A DNA stretch of 64,000 nt from Octopus vulgaris (taxonomy: Eukaryota): NCBI GenBank assembly GCA_951406725.2, contig OX597814.1, positions 195,672,001-195,736,000 on the forward strand. The letters run 5' to 3'. Both the position numbers and the translations under genes were made by a program. This document shows positions 25,635 to 39,388 of the stretch, in pieces; the first letter of the stretch is position 1, and every line of letters begins with the position of its first letter. The notes under the pieces are model-generated. The model searched no databases. It was not told where the DNA came from and saw nothing but the letters and a program-made list of their open reading frames with translations.

Positions 25635-27645
25635 TTCCAGTTACCCAGAATGCAACACTAGTTGGTCTGGACTGTTACAGTGATATGTGAGTTTCGGCTC
25701 CGTGAATAGAAAAAAAAAGAACAAAAAGAAAAATTGTCAATTATGGCTCGCTATAGCGAGCAAAATACTGGGTTCTCATCACCATAACGGTGAATCGAGA
25801 ATTTTTGCTTGAAAATTCTTTTTGTAAATTCTAGTGGGCGTATCTCGCCAGAAAAAGTACAATTTTTCCGAATTAGCCATTTGGATTACCTTTTTGGATT
25901 ACCTTTTTGGAGTATTATACAAAGGATTCCCTGTCTGTGCTATTTGTGAGGTTTTTCTTTTACATTTCCCTTCTTCTATTTTTTCTTTCTTTCTAAATTT
26001 TGGTTCATTATTTTCATTACTTTAATTTCAGTTTCCTCCCCTCCTCTTTTATTTTGTTTTATTTTTCATTCGGTTTAATTTTTTGGCAGACTGTCTTTTG
26101 AACTACTTTTGAACTGTTTTTTGACATGGCAGAGAAGAAACTTAAAAAGAAAAACTCTGTCTTAGAGTGGGAAATTAACCCGTCTAAGCAGTGGTTAAAA
26201 GATATGGAGGAGAATACGATGGTACTTAGAACTTATTCTAAAGTTCTTAATTCCATCACCGTCTTCCCAAAACAAGTCATAAAAAATGAACTTAAAGAAT
26301 ATTTGTCCTCTTTAAAATATATATATATATCCCGTGGTGTCAAACATGCAACCGTATGGTTGCTGTTTGACAACGGGGAAAAGGCTCGCCAGTTTGCGAG
26401 TCAGCCTTTATAAAGCAAGGAAATTCTGTTCCTTCCGTCATATTATGGAAGAAAATTAAAACGAGCCTGGGTATGTGTGCTACCCCAAGGCACCGAAGCG
26501 GATTGGAATGAAGATACCATCCGACGGGGACTTGGGGATGGCGTGCCCAGGCTCTTAAATGTAAGGGTATTGCCGGCGGTCGATTAGGAAGGGTCAAAAG
26601 CGATTTTGACCCTGTGGACCCCATCCGGTGATACTTGAGGGACGTCCCCCCAAGTGTCACTCGGGCCTGCAGCCAGGCCACATTAATAGGAACTGCCCCC
26701 AGGACCATGATAAGGTCCTGGAACAGTCACTAGATGCCACCTCCCCTACCCGGTCAAAGGGAGAGGTGGATGTGGTCGAGGAGGCTTCAGCCTTCTCAAC
26801 TCAAACAGGATTAAAAAGGAAGAAGGCGGGCAACAATAGTTGCCCGCCGAAGGAACCTAAGGCTTCGGGAAGCGGGGGAGAGTCTCCGGACAAAGCGGAA
26901 GAGCTCCACTCTCCCGAAGTCAGGAAGAAAAGAAAAAAAAAGCGGGGAGATGATGTGCCATCTGCATGTCCCGAAGTTGTGCCACCACGGTGGAAGAAAC
27001 CACTCCCACCCTTAAAGATGATCAATTAATTATCTTTTTCTAGAAGGGCGGGGAGGTGGGAAAAATAGTAGAAGAACATAAAGAGACAGTAGATATGCCC
27101 TACTCATGGGATCCCGAATGGCCTCCGCAGATAGCTGTGGAGGTCATAAGGTTTCCCTTGTGGGAAAGGCTTAAAGGATTTGGGGAGGAGTGTCGCATAT
27201 GGCCTGGTGGCCCTTACACGACTTACATGTCCTACATGAGTGAGGTATGGGAAATGGCGGGATACAGGAAATCAAGCGGCATTGAAGATACTGATGAATA
27301 TATCGATGGATATATCGAAGAGTAGGAGGTAAAAAACCCACGTTATAGGGTTTGAAACCTCATCTTATTGTATTATTTGTAGTGGTTTATAATCTCAATT
27401 GTGTGTTTTTTAAAAAAACAACATTTTAAGTAAGAGGTTTTAGTGACTCCTTCTTGTAAGAGGTTTGAAACCTCATATTGATTTTTAAAAAAGCAAATAT
27501 GCTTTCGAGAAAAATCCAATCGGCGGGTGTTGGGTTTCGTCTCTCATTTATTCATTCTATTTCATTTTCATTCATTAATGTGTTTGTCCAGCCCGCAAAG
27601 CTACACACTCTTTGTACTGTCTATGATGACAAATTTTATGAAATA
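25635..27645 (+). mobile_element. Non-autonomous LINE-like element carrying only a gag/ORF1-like region
   Basis: 15-bp TSD aagtagcttgcttac (25620-25634 and 27646-27660) splits a family B SINE; the element ends in AATAA(A); no RT or APE motifs. Confidence 0.8.
26126..27029 (+). pseudogene. ORF1-like protein with a degenerate CCHC zinc knuckle
   Basis: Starts MAEKKLKK; stops at 26411 and ~26585, then a frameshift into EGRPPKCHSGLQPGHINRNCP (C-x2-[C>G]-x4-H-x4-C) and a basic low-complexity tail, as in L1/Tx1-type ORF1. Confidence 0.65.
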
Positions 27646-30035
27646 AAGTAGCTTGCTTACCAACTACATGGTTCCGGGTACAGTCCCACTGCGTGGCACC
27701 TTGGACAAGTGTCTTCTACTATAGCTTTAGGCCGACCAAGGCTTTGTGAGTGGATTTGGTAGACAGAAACTGAAAGAACCCCGTCGTATATAAGTATATA
27801 TATATATATATATGTGTATGTATATGTTTGTGTGTCTGTGTTTGTACCCCCAACTTCGCTTGACAACCGATTTTGGTGTGTTTACGTCCCCATAACTACG
27901 TGTTTACGTCCCCGTAAGTACTAGGCTTACAAAAAATAAGTCCTGGGGCCGATGTGCTCGACTAAAGGCGGTGCTCCAGCATGGTCGCAGTCAAATGACC
28001 GAAACCAGCAAAAGTGTAAACGAGTAGTGTTTCTCAACATAATGTTAACTTTGCTGGTCTTAAAAGAGATTTCAAGAGGTGAGTAAGGAAGAAAAATAAT
28101 AGTGACACATTTAGATCTAATTTTACTTAGAATCTTAAGCAAATTAATATTACACATAAGAAAGGGAGAAGAGGAAACTGCTGGTGGTTTGCGTCGGTAA
28201 AAAGTGTACGTGAAATTTATACAGTGAAGTTTAAGAGTTTGGATAAGTTCATGTGTCATGGAGAGAAATTAACATTTCGAGACTGATCCTTTGCATGCGA
28301 AAAACATATTTTTCAATTGTATTTTTTTCTCGAGCAAAAACGTCAGATTCCAAGTTTCCCCATGGTCACGAACTTATTTAAATTCAGGAACTTTAAGTCA
28401 TTATACCAAAGAACTAAACTTTCACTAACGCATCACAAGATACAAAAAATACACACATAAAAAAAAGAAGCTGCAATGTTGTGAATTGAAAACGTTATTA
28501 TTTTGGCCTTACAGATTTTGTTCCACATGGGAATATTTAATCAATTATTATACGTAAAATAAATTGTCTCGCAGTATTTTCTTTGAGTGTTGGATACATG
28601 CTGTGAAATTTTCTGGCATGACTTTTATAATGTCATCAGCGATTTGTAAAATATACATAAAAAAAGAGTTATCTACTTCGACTCCATTTTTCCTTTCATT
28701 TCTGATAGGAAATTAGTACCACCACTAGATATCATATCCTTCTGATCTACTGATGAATATTCTGTAAGATATTAAACGGATAACTGGAGAGACACGTATG
28801 GTTAAATGTTACGTACCATACTGTTTTGATTATTATTAGTGTGTTCAATGATATCACAGAAGGAAGAAACCGAAGTCGTAATCATTAACTGATTTCTCAA
28901 ATTCTTGTGGATGATAATAGTAGCATATTTTGTCAATTGAGTCACGCGGCTTGGAAAATTTTCCATTGTCTTTCCAATAGAAAGAAATGACTGTAAATGT
29001 ACCCTGTCGATAGTCTTCTTGGGAAGCAAGCAGATGCAATTATTCTAGTATAGTGTTTTATTAAAGACACAGGATTAAGATGATTTGAGTTTAGGAAAGC
29101 TTTTCTGTTCTATTGTGAGCTTTTGTATTTTTCTAACAGAATGATGTAGATTGATTCGAAGCTATCTTATTGCCGGCGCTTATTTTCTTGACTTGTTGAA
29201 TGAAAGATAACCACCGCATCAGAGGGATTCAAAGTTGGAAATTAAAAGGAAATATCTCAATACTGAAAGGCATTCAGTCTAACTTTCTCCTGTTTCTGTG
29301 AACTTCATTGCGAGTGCAGAAAGGTGAAATATCTTTCTTACGTTTGGTTCAGTAAATAATTTCGAAATTTCAGATCCTTAATTCTGAATGTCTAAATACG
29401 TTGCAATATTCAATAAAAATTGGTTTATGGTTAGTAAAAAAGAAAATGAAAAAAAAAAAAGATTCATTTAGTATCTCGTTTAAAAAATAGTATTTAACGC
29501 GCAACCCATAAGTAAGAAGGTCCCGTTTTTATTGAAAGAAAGATTAGATTCATGTTAGAAAATTACGACTACATTTATTATATTTTTATGTGGTGTTGTA
29601 GGAGAGGAAAACCGTTTTCTGTTGCTGTCCTTTTTAACATTTGGTTACTCAGTGCTCCCTGAATTGTACAACAGATAAACTGAATGTAAACGCATATATA
29701 TATAATGTATCAAACTCATTGTAATTGATATATATGATTGAAGCGCTGGTGTATAGCTGTGGAAATTAAAATAGATTGGAGCGCTATTGGTGTATAAGGA
29801 ACGAAAAGGAGAAAAAAGTCCTATGAATAAAAAAAATGGATTGAAATATAATATCTGGTGAAAATTACCATATAAAAAAGGAAATGTTTAAGAAGCTAGG
29901 CAGTGAATTGAGAGAATCGGAATGCAGCGAGCAAGAAATCTTCTGGTATTTGGTTGCTTGCATTTATATTCTACGTTCAAACCTTACCGAAGTCAACTAC
30001 ATCTTTCATCTTATATAATAATATTATAATAATAG

Positions 30036-30637
30036 AGGCGGCGAGCTGACAGAAACGTTAGCACGCCGGGCGAAATGCGTAGCTGTATTTCGTCTGCTGT
30101 TACGTTCTGAGCTCAAATTCCGCCGAGGTCGACTTTGCCTTTCATCCTTTCGGGGTCGATAAATTAAGTACCAGTTACGCACTGGGGTCGATGTAATCGA
30201 CTTAATCTGTTTGTCTGTCCTTGTTTGTCCTCTCTGTGTTTAGCCCCTTGTGGGTAGTAAAGAAATAGGTATTTCCTCTGTCTTTACGTTCTGAGTTCAA
30301 ATTCCGCCGAGGTCGACTTTGCCTTTCATCCTTTCGGGGACGATAAATTAAGCACCAGTTACGCACTGGGGTCGATGTAATCGACTTAATCCGTCTGTCT
30401 CTCCTTGTTTGTCCTCTCTGTGTTTAGCCACTTGTGAGTAATAAAAAAATAGTTATTTCGTCTGTCGTTACGTTCCGAGTTCAAATTCCGCCGAGGTCGA
30501 CTTTGCCTTTCATTCTTTTGGGGTCGATAAATAAAGTACCAGTTTCGCACTGGGGTCGATGTAATCGACTTAATCCGTTTGTCTGTCCTTGTTTGTCCCC
30601 TCTATGTTTAGCCACTTGTGGGCAGTAAAGAAATATA
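30036..30637 (+). mobile_element. SINE family A trimer (one head plus three bodies)
   Basis: Body restarts at ~30269 and ~30452; near-identical flanks tataataatattata(a/c)taata. Confidence 0.9.
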
Positions 30638-31067
30638 TATAATAATATTATACTAATATAATTTGAGAGAAAGCGTAGCATCCACCCAGATTGAAAAGTT
30701 GTGTCTGTATAGGGAATCAACATGAGAGATGCTGACGTTTTAGATGACGATGTTTAAAGTGCATAAGTATTTAGGAGTTCAGTACAATCGCTTAAAGAAT
30801 CGAACTCTTTACATGAACACCACCCTGTACTTAACTCCATGTCCCCCTACATGGCCTTGCTATTTGCTTTTGAGCCAAATTAACTAACTAACTAACTAAC
30901 TAAAATATGGAAGAACTGGGATATGTATATTGATTAACCGCGTAAATTCTTGGAGTGAAGGCGCGTGACTATATACACAAACATCAACACAAGGAATAAT
31001 TGTGGAACATTCCCACTGAAAAATCTGCCAATCGTAAGCAGAACAGGACGGTTACTTTTATTGGGGA

Positions 31068-31291
31068 GAGCTGGCAGAAATGTTAGCACGCCGGGCGAAA
31101 TGCTTTGCGGTATTTCGTCTGCGTTACGTTGTGAGTTCAAATTCCGCCGAGGTCAACTTTGCCTTTCATCCTTTCGGGGTCGATAAATTAAGTACCAGTT
31201 ACGCACTGGGGTCGATGTAATCGACTTAATCCGTTCGTCTGTCCTTGTTTGTCCCCTCTGTGTTTAGCCCCTTGTGGGTAATAAAGAAATA
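31068..31291 (+). mobile_element. SINE family A with 18-bp TSD
   Basis: TSD ggttacttttattgggga at 31050-31067 and 31292-31309. Confidence 0.9.
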
Positions 31292-31766
31292 GGTTACTTT
31301 TATTGGGGACAAAGAAGAAAAAGTATGTGCCGTCCTAGAGGTCGGTTGTCCTGTTGCTGTGTATATGACTTTGAAAGTCAAACAGAAAGAGGAAAACTAT
31401 GGACAACAGCATCTAAACCTCCAGTTTCTATATCTAGTTTATAAATTTACATTTATATCAATAATAATTGGTTTTGTAAGTAAATGCCTGACTGACAATC
31501 TGGATAAGTTGGTATTTTGAAAAAGTGAAATCAACCAACTAACTCCCGTATTACAAATACGATCTGTAAGTGGAAAAGTAGAAATATACAAGACCTTTCT
31601 CAAGTTTAAAATGTGACATTGTTTTTGTTATCTACGTTCCAACGATTGAGCTTTGTATCTTTGTTAGAAACCAGCTTCTTCCTGAGAAAAATAATTTAAA
31701 TAATTAAAAGCTGAAGAAAACGTCCATACATACATACATACATACATACATACATACATACATACA

Positions 31767-31800
<34 letters not shown>

Positions 31801-31878
31801 CATACATACATGTATAACATATATGATAAAAATTATGAAGTAATTTCAAACAAACACCGTTTTCCCATAATACTTCAT

Positions 31879-32258
31879 AATTAAAAAAAACTATCATTCG
31901 TTATATTATACGAAGTTCACATTTGATATTACTGAAGAGAAGGAGAGTTATCTATAAATGCTTATCAATATAGGATTCTATTATTCTATATTATCTAAGT
32001 CTATGAACTATATTTGAAATACAGGGCAATATAATAGATTTTACACATAACTATCATGGATTATTACAGAAGACTAACCAAAAATCAAAAGCAGTGATTT
32101 TTAATTTTTATTTTATGTTTCAAACAAACAACATTTTATTGTATTACTTCAAATTATAAAAAAACTATCATTCGATATGTTATACAAAATTCAAATTTTA
32201 TATCTCTGAAGAGCAGAAGAGTTGTCTATAAATGCTTACCAATATAGGATTTCATTAT
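31879..32258 (+). repeat. Diverged ~105-bp direct repeat (partial tandem pLTR)
   Basis: 31879-31984 resembles 32152-32258; both contain CTGAAGAG but only the second has the HHR 3' half. Confidence 0.8.
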
Positions 32259-32293
32259 AGGGACAGCACTTCTGCGAAACGATCGTAAGATAT
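32200..32293 (+). ncRNA. Type I hammerhead ribozyme with a long stem II
   Basis: atatct-CTGAAGA-gcagaag.gttgtc...gacagc.cttctgc-GAAA-cgatcg-TA-agatat. Confidence 0.9.
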
Positions 32294-32733
32294 TTTAAAA
32301 ACTTAATTCAAATAATTTAAACTGTCCATATACATTATATATTGATACTAATACATATTTACATACATTTATATATATTTATATTTTTAATACAACAATT
32401 ATTTTACACCTGTATATATCTTTCTGAAGAATTTTCTAATATTCATTTCCTGATATCAATAATAATATATTATAAAATATATATAATCGCTCGTATTAAA
32501 TATATATATACTTTAATAATATTAATACTTTGATACAATAGAGCACTCAATATAAATTCAGTATATAATATTCTCATTGAATATATTTAACTAAAGATTT
32601 ATATAACACACACACACACATATATATAACATATATATAGCATACACACACACATATATATATATAACATTCATATATATATATATAACATATATACATA
32701 TGTATGTATACACATATATATATATATACAAAT

Positions 32734-32773
<40 letters not shown>

Positions 32774-32780
32774 GTTTCAA

Positions 32781-32811
<31 letters not shown>

Positions 32812-32946
32812 CAATAAAGGGTAATTTGCAACAAGTCGCCTAAACCACATACCGAAAATATTAGAAATAGCAGCCAAATAGGTTACCATTACTATTACTA
32901 TAAAATAAGTCTCCACAAACAACAGTATTTGCAACTCGTATATGGT

Positions 32947-33070
<124 letters not shown>

Positions 33071-33151
33071 AAAGTTGAGTTGTGGGGTATCGCACGAGTG
33101 GGATTATATAAGAAAAAAGGTTTGAAAATGCAATTTAAACGATGTTTATTT

Positions 33152-33192
33152 ACTTAACCGGTTTCACTCTTTGGTAAAAGATTGTCAAAAGT
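33152..33192 (-). ncRNA. Hammerhead-like motif with U3-A8 core (possibly degenerate)
   Basis: Minus strand: actt-TTGACAA-tcttt(tacc)aaaga-gt-GAAA-ccgg-TT-aagt; base of stem II is imperfect. Confidence 0.4.
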
Positions 33193-33205
33193 TACATTTA
33201 AGGAA

Positions 33206-33433
33206 ACATTGAATAATATGGGTTCAAAAAAGTTTTTTACATAATTGTCACATTGAATATTATGCATTCAAAAAAGTTTTTTACATAATTGTCACATTGG
33301 ATATTATGGGTTCAAAAAAGTTTTTTACATAATTGTCACATTGAATATTATGCATTCAAAAAAGTTTTTTACATAATTGTCACATTGGATATTATGAATT
33401 CAAAAATGTCTTTTTATACATAATTGTCACATT
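33206..33433. repeat. 44-bp minisatellite, ~5 copies
   Basis: Unit acattgaatattatgcattcaaaaaagttttttacataattgtc with alternating ggt/cat variants. Confidence 0.92.
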
Positions 33434-34026
33434 ATTTGGGAAAAGTTGGCAGAAAAGGATAAAACAAATATATTATTGGGAATTGGTTGCGTTAATTATT
33501 GGTTGTCGCAAATTGTCACATTACATGTATATATATACAATCTTTGGTATATATATACAGCGTTTTGACAGCAAAAATTAAAATGGATTTTTTGTACATC
33601 TCAGAATATTTTAAGTATGTTTTTACTGACCTGTCAGTATTAGCAGAATACTGTGTGTGTGTATATGTGTGTGTGCGCGCGTTGTATGTGTGTGTGTGTG
33701 TGCACGTGTGTATATATGTGTGTGTGTGTGCACTGTGTGCGGGTGTGTGTGTATGTGTGTGTGTGTGTGTGTGTGAGCATTGTGTACGTGTGTATGTATT
33801 TACATATGTATCTGTTTTTATATATATATATATATATGTTTGTGTGTGTTGTGTGTGTATATGCATGGTATGTGTGTATATGTTAGTACTTTGTTTGTGT
33901 GTATGTGCGGCATGTAGAGATATATTTGAGTGTGTGAATCTAGTGACGGGAAATTGTTTTATCTCCTTAGACTAAACAAATGAGTAACAAAGCAGAACTA
34001 AACCTCGTCCTGCTCATCATATTCAT

Positions 34027-34058
<32 letters not shown>

Positions 34059-34263
34059 TCACCGTCATTATCACCATCATCAACATCGTCTTCATTTTTG
34101 GTGATGACCATAATGATGATGACCATCATCACAAGTTCAACCACCACCACTATCACTGCAGCCACTGCCATCACCTCCCCCCAGAAAGAAGCCTGTCGTA
34201 AATCCTTTGCATCATGTTTTTCTTTTGGTAAATATATATATATATATGTTTTCATATTTGGAT

Positions 34264-34331
<68 letters not shown>

Positions 34332-34773
34332 AAGAAGGTTAACAGCAGGCTGTTTCACCTCATACCGAAGGAATTAGAAATGGCAGTCAAAGACCGTTTT
34401 TCCAATTTCTATAAGTGGAGAATCCAAAAACGAAGGCCCTTACGGCTCACATACACAAAACCGGAGTGGCAAATATACGAATTCAGTCACTTACCGTTAA
34501 TAGCGGACATATGTTTCTGGATCGCAAACATGGAAATCAGTTTGAATTCCGTCATCGGCGCTATATTCGATAGCTTTACTAAATGCCACTAGCCCTCACT
34601 TCTGACCCAGCGACATCAGATAGTGGGGGGAAGAGTGCAGATGTTAAAACTAAGTGGCGACTGGGAACGTAAATTTTCCCTCCAAAATTCTGCCATGCGC
34701 GCTTTCTGGGTAATCGTAATGGAATGAGGAATCCACATGGTAATTCAATAAAAATGGTAAATAATTTTCCTGT

Positions 34774-34839
<66 letters not shown>

Positions 34840-35070
34840 GTATGTGTCTGCGTTTGTCCCCCCCCCCCCCAACATCGCTTGACAACCGACGCTGGTGTGT
34901 TTACGTCACCGTAACCTAGCGGTTCGGCATTAGAGACCGACAGAATAAGTACTAGGCTTACAAAGAATAAGTCCTGGGGTCGATTTGCTCGACTAAAGGT
35001 GGTGTTCCAGTATGGTCACAGTCAAATGACTGACACAAGTAAAAGAGTATTAGAGTTAGGAGTAAAGAGT
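34840..35070 (+). mobile_element. SINE family B, 3' half
   Basis: Matches 39595-39795. Confidence 0.85.
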
Positions 35071-35802
35071 ATATGTTTTAAATTATGTACAACGGCTGTT
35101 TAAAATAACAATTACGAGTTATATAACTGCCTAGATTCTCTCTTCAAGTCTGGTAATGAATTTCCTCGTTAATTATTGGGGAATTACTAGCGAGTTAACC
35201 TTCTTTGATACCCGAAACTGTTTACAGTATTTAACAATCAAAAGCGAAGTTCGTTCTGTAACTAGATATCAATTGTGAACGGAAGAGATAAGCATCTTTA
35301 TTCTTTCAATGTATCGTTAATCCGAATTTCGGAGGGAATTCTTTCAAAACTTACTAATTTGTAGGTCTTCAGATGAATTCAGAACCAGTTGGAAAGAACT
35401 ATTCTGGATAAGGCTGATAGTATTCGTCCTTTCATTCAAACATATCGGATTTAACATTAATCTATCGGATCAATGCTGATTATTTCAAATATAGTCGTTT
35501 CTTTATGATGGCAACTTGGTATAATGTTAAGAATTGCGTTAAACTTCAGAATTTCAGGACAAGAGCAACGATAACCTCTCTGCTCTGTAAACCGTATCAG
35601 TGACTTTGGAGGTTGGTTAATTCATGCAAAAACAATGTATGGAGTGTGGTGATGACGACAATGATAATGGTGATTGTTATGATGTTGATGACGACAAAGA
35701 TGATGGTGGTAATATGATAATGATGATGATGATGATGATGATGATGAAGATGATGACGGCGACAATGATGATGGTGGCGGTAAGATAATAATGATACTGA
35801 TC

Positions 35803-36220
35803 GGCGGCGAGCTGGCAGAAACGTTAGCACGCCGGGCGAAATGCTTTGCGGTATTTCGTCTGCGCTACGTTCTGAGTTCAAATTCCACCGAGGTCGACTT
35901 TGCCTTTCATCCTTTCGAGGTCGATTAAATATGTACCAGTTATGCACTGGGGTCGATATAATCGACTTAATCCGTTTGTCTATCCTTGTTTGTCCCCTCT
36001 GTGTTTAGTCCCTTGTGGGTAGTAAAGAAATAGGTATTTCGTCCGTCACTACGTTCTGAGTTCAAAATCCGCCGAGGTCGACTTTGCCTTTCATCCGTTC
36101 GGGGGTCGATTAAATAAGTACCAGTTACGCACTGGGCTCGATATAATCAACTTAATCCGTTTGTCTATCCTTGTTTGTCCCCACTGTGTTAAGCCCCTTG
36201 TGGGTAGCAAAGAAATAGAT
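35803..36220 (+). mobile_element. SINE family A dimer in an (ATG)n tract
   Basis: Second body starts at ~36033 after aaagaaata. Confidence 0.9.
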
Positions 36221-36917
36221 AATGATGTTACAGCTAATGAAGTTGATAGTGAAGGTCATGATGATGATGATGATGAGGGCAGTGATATGATGACAATGAT
36301 AATGATGATGATGATGATGATGATGAGGATTATGATTATGATGAAAAAGGGGAAGAATTAGAGAAGCACTGCAGCAATTGCTTGCTTTCTGCGACAACTA
36401 ATTTCTTACATAAACATTTGTAATCACTCCGACTTCAATCAAAGATGTCGATCGTCTGTAATTCTAAGAAAAAAAAAAAACACTACAAAACTCAACAAAA
36501 AAAACAAAACAAAATATCACACAGACAAACAAAAACAAAAAAAAAATCAACTGGTGCAAAAAAAAAAAAATCATATACATGCCTACCTAGCAGATACTAG
36601 TTGAAAGCATTTGATAAATTTAGGAAACAAAACAAACACTAAGAATAATAAAAAAAAAATGAACAAAAAATGACGACAACACTCGATTTAACGATATAAG
36701 CGTCTGAGAACAATAAATCAGTTTTATGGAGAGATGTTACAGCAATTACTTCGAGTTACCTACTCTGCAGTTAACAGACGACATTAGAATAATCAGGAAC
36801 ACAAAATACGCAAAACACAAACACACACACACACATACATACATACAGACACACACACACACACACACACAACTCCCCCATATATATAGCACTTTCGGCT
36901 GTGTGTTTAATTACATG

Positions 36918-36952
<35 letters not shown>

Positions 36953-36971
36953 ATGTATGTGTCTGTGTGTG

Positions 36972-37010
<39 letters not shown>

Positions 37011-37176
37011 TTATATATGTATATATATATATATATATGTATTTATATATGTATATATATATACGTATATATATGTATGCATATATATGTATATATATGT
37101 ATGTGTATACACATGTTTGTATACATATATGTATGAATATGAATGTATGTATATATATATATATAATTATGTATGC

Positions 37177-37241
<65 letters not shown>

Positions 37242-37721
37242 TATGTATGTATACGTATATATATATATATATATATATATGCATATACATACACACACAT
37301 GCACACACATATATCGTATTACTCTAAGAACTGGTGTACGGTACCAGAATTTTCGACTCGAGTCAAATATAACAAACTCCAAATCGTTGTTAGAGTATTC
37401 CTATATACATACACACATATGTTATATATATAAATACACACGCACATTCGATTCGCACATGCGCACACACATACATATACATATACAATCACATAATCAT
37501 ACATAGAAAAGTTAATTAACAAAAGCATATATTTGATATACACTTCCTGTCAATATATTCTCATGGATGGAGTAATTATTTGTGTATTCTATTTGCGCTA
37601 TATTTAAAGAAAAAAACCTTCCTTTTTCAAATGGAAATAGAAGAATAAAGACAGATCTGAATTGTAATATTTCGTGGTAGAAGAAAATCGACAAGGGCTT
37701 ATCCTTCATGGAAATTCTGAA

Positions 37722-37870
37722 AGCGCGCGGCCTAGCTGTTAGGGTGTTTGCACTCACGATCATAAGCTCGTAGTTTCGATTCTCGGACCTGGCGGTACGT
37801 TGTTGTATTCGTGAGCAAAACACTTCATTTCACGTTGCTCAAGTCCAATCAGCTGTAAATAAGTAACTTT
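37722..37870 (+). mobile_element. SINE family D, older copy
   Basis: tRNA-like head plus gagcaaaacacttcatttcacgttgctc core. Confidence 0.7.
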
Positions 37871-38188
37871 GTGACGAATTCGAGGGGCATGTGAAGCGAG
37901 TGTCTTGTTGAAGTTGTACATGATGAATCAACTCAGAAGCACAAAATACCAATGGAACTGCTGCTAGTGCAACAGTGGTCGACAGGGTCTATACAGGAGA
38001 CAGCACATCTGTGGACCAAATCTTGGAGAATGTTGGTGAAATCCCTTGTTAATTATTCAGGCCGAGCTTTCTCAGGACGTAATCTACGATGTTTCTGCAT
38101 CTAGCAGCAGCAGTACTGTCCTAAACGGAAGCTGGCGTTGCCGCTGCAGAATGCATAATAACCACTATGAATAATCACTGAGCTTAGT

Positions 38189-38570
38189 TTTTAGAAGCAC
38201 TCCGTCGGTTACGACGACGAGGGTTCCGGTTGATCCGAATCAACGGAACAGCCCGCTCGTGAAATTAACGTGCAAGTGGCTGAGCACTCCACAGACACGT
38301 GTGTCCTTAACGTAGTTCTCGGGGATATTCAGCGTGACACAGAGAGTGACAGGACCGGCCCTTTGAAATACAGGTACAACAGAAAAAGGAAGTAAGAGTG
38401 AGAGAAAGTTGTGGTGAAAGAGTACAGCAGGGACCACCACCATCCTCTGCCGGAGCCTCGTGGAGCTTTTAGGTGTTTTCGCTCAATAAACTCACAACGC
38501 CCGGTCTGCGAAACCGCGATTCTATGACCGCGAGTCCGCTGCCCTAACCACTGGGCCATTGCGCCTCCAC
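38189..38570 (-). mobile_element. SINE family C, full length
   Basis: Reverse complement of 11775-12143; TSD cactgagcttagt at 38176-38188 and 38570-38582. Confidence 0.9.
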
Positions 38571-38619
38571 ACTGAGCTTAGTAGAGAATAAATAATTCAT
38601 GAGATTTTAAGTAATTCTT

Positions 38620-39337
38620 ACTCTGAACAGGTAGGTCAGTCTTTGTGATGCAGTTTTATCTTTAACAGCAGCATCCCTGTCATCTCTGAGTTGCTTGTCA
38701 ATGGTATCTTCCAATCGCTCCAGGATGATTTTTGTAGAGACTTTACTTGGAATGGAAACCAAGGTAATTCCTCTCCACTTTTCACATTGTGATAAATCTC
38801 AACTCTTCGGCAGCTTCACCAAAAGACCCTTCGTCCACTGAATGGGGGTCCGCTGCCGTCTTAACTCGAACTAATCTCTGCTTATTTAGTTCAAAGGTAA
38901 AATCTGTGCTTTTGTATGGCTCTGAAACACGGAGAGCCAACTGCAGCAACTACAAGAAGATCCAGACCTTCATCAACAAATGTCTCCGGCAGATCCTCCA
39001 TCTGAAGTGGTTCGACAGAGTGCCAAATACCGACCTGTAGGAAAGGGTCAACCAGTAGCCCATACATGTTCAGATTAGACGAAGGAAATGGAGATTGATC
39101 GGACACACACTTTGGAAAGAACCCTTAAATGTGACACGACAAGCACTTGACTGGAACCCGCAGGGGAAAAGGAAGCGAGGACGCTCGAAGCAGACATGGA
39201 AGCGGAGCATTTTGGCCGAGCTCAGGACTACCGGCCTGATATGGGAAGCAACCAAGAAACACGCCAATGAGCGCAAATAGTGGATAACAACTGCTGAGGC
39301 CCTATGCTCCACAAGGGGCAAAAAGAAGAAGAAGAAG
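38620..39337 (+). mobile_element. RTE-clade LINE 3' fragment with an inverted 5' piece
   Basis: Plus 38805-39320: VKSVLLYGSET, RRRKWRLIGHTL, WNPQGKRKRGRSKQTW, then a (GAA)n tail. Minus 38795-38675: CEKWRGITLVSIPSKVSTKIILERL. Confidence 0.88.
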
Positions 39338-39388
39338 TAAATGAAGTACCTTTATTATTTTAAATATGTGTATTCTTTCGCTAGTAGT

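Larger units (their letters stand above)
25598..28020 (+). mobile_element. SINE family B split by the 2-kb insertion
   Basis: Head 25598-25634 continues seamlessly at 27661 when compared with the intact copy at 39389. Confidence 0.9.

Noticed and set aside
28745-28785. CTGATGA-atat..atat motif
   Set aside because: No GAAA and no stem I or III; likely chance.
28500-29040. Protein-like minus-strand ORFs
   Set aside because: Short, interrupted by stops, with no recognisable motif or clear splice sites.
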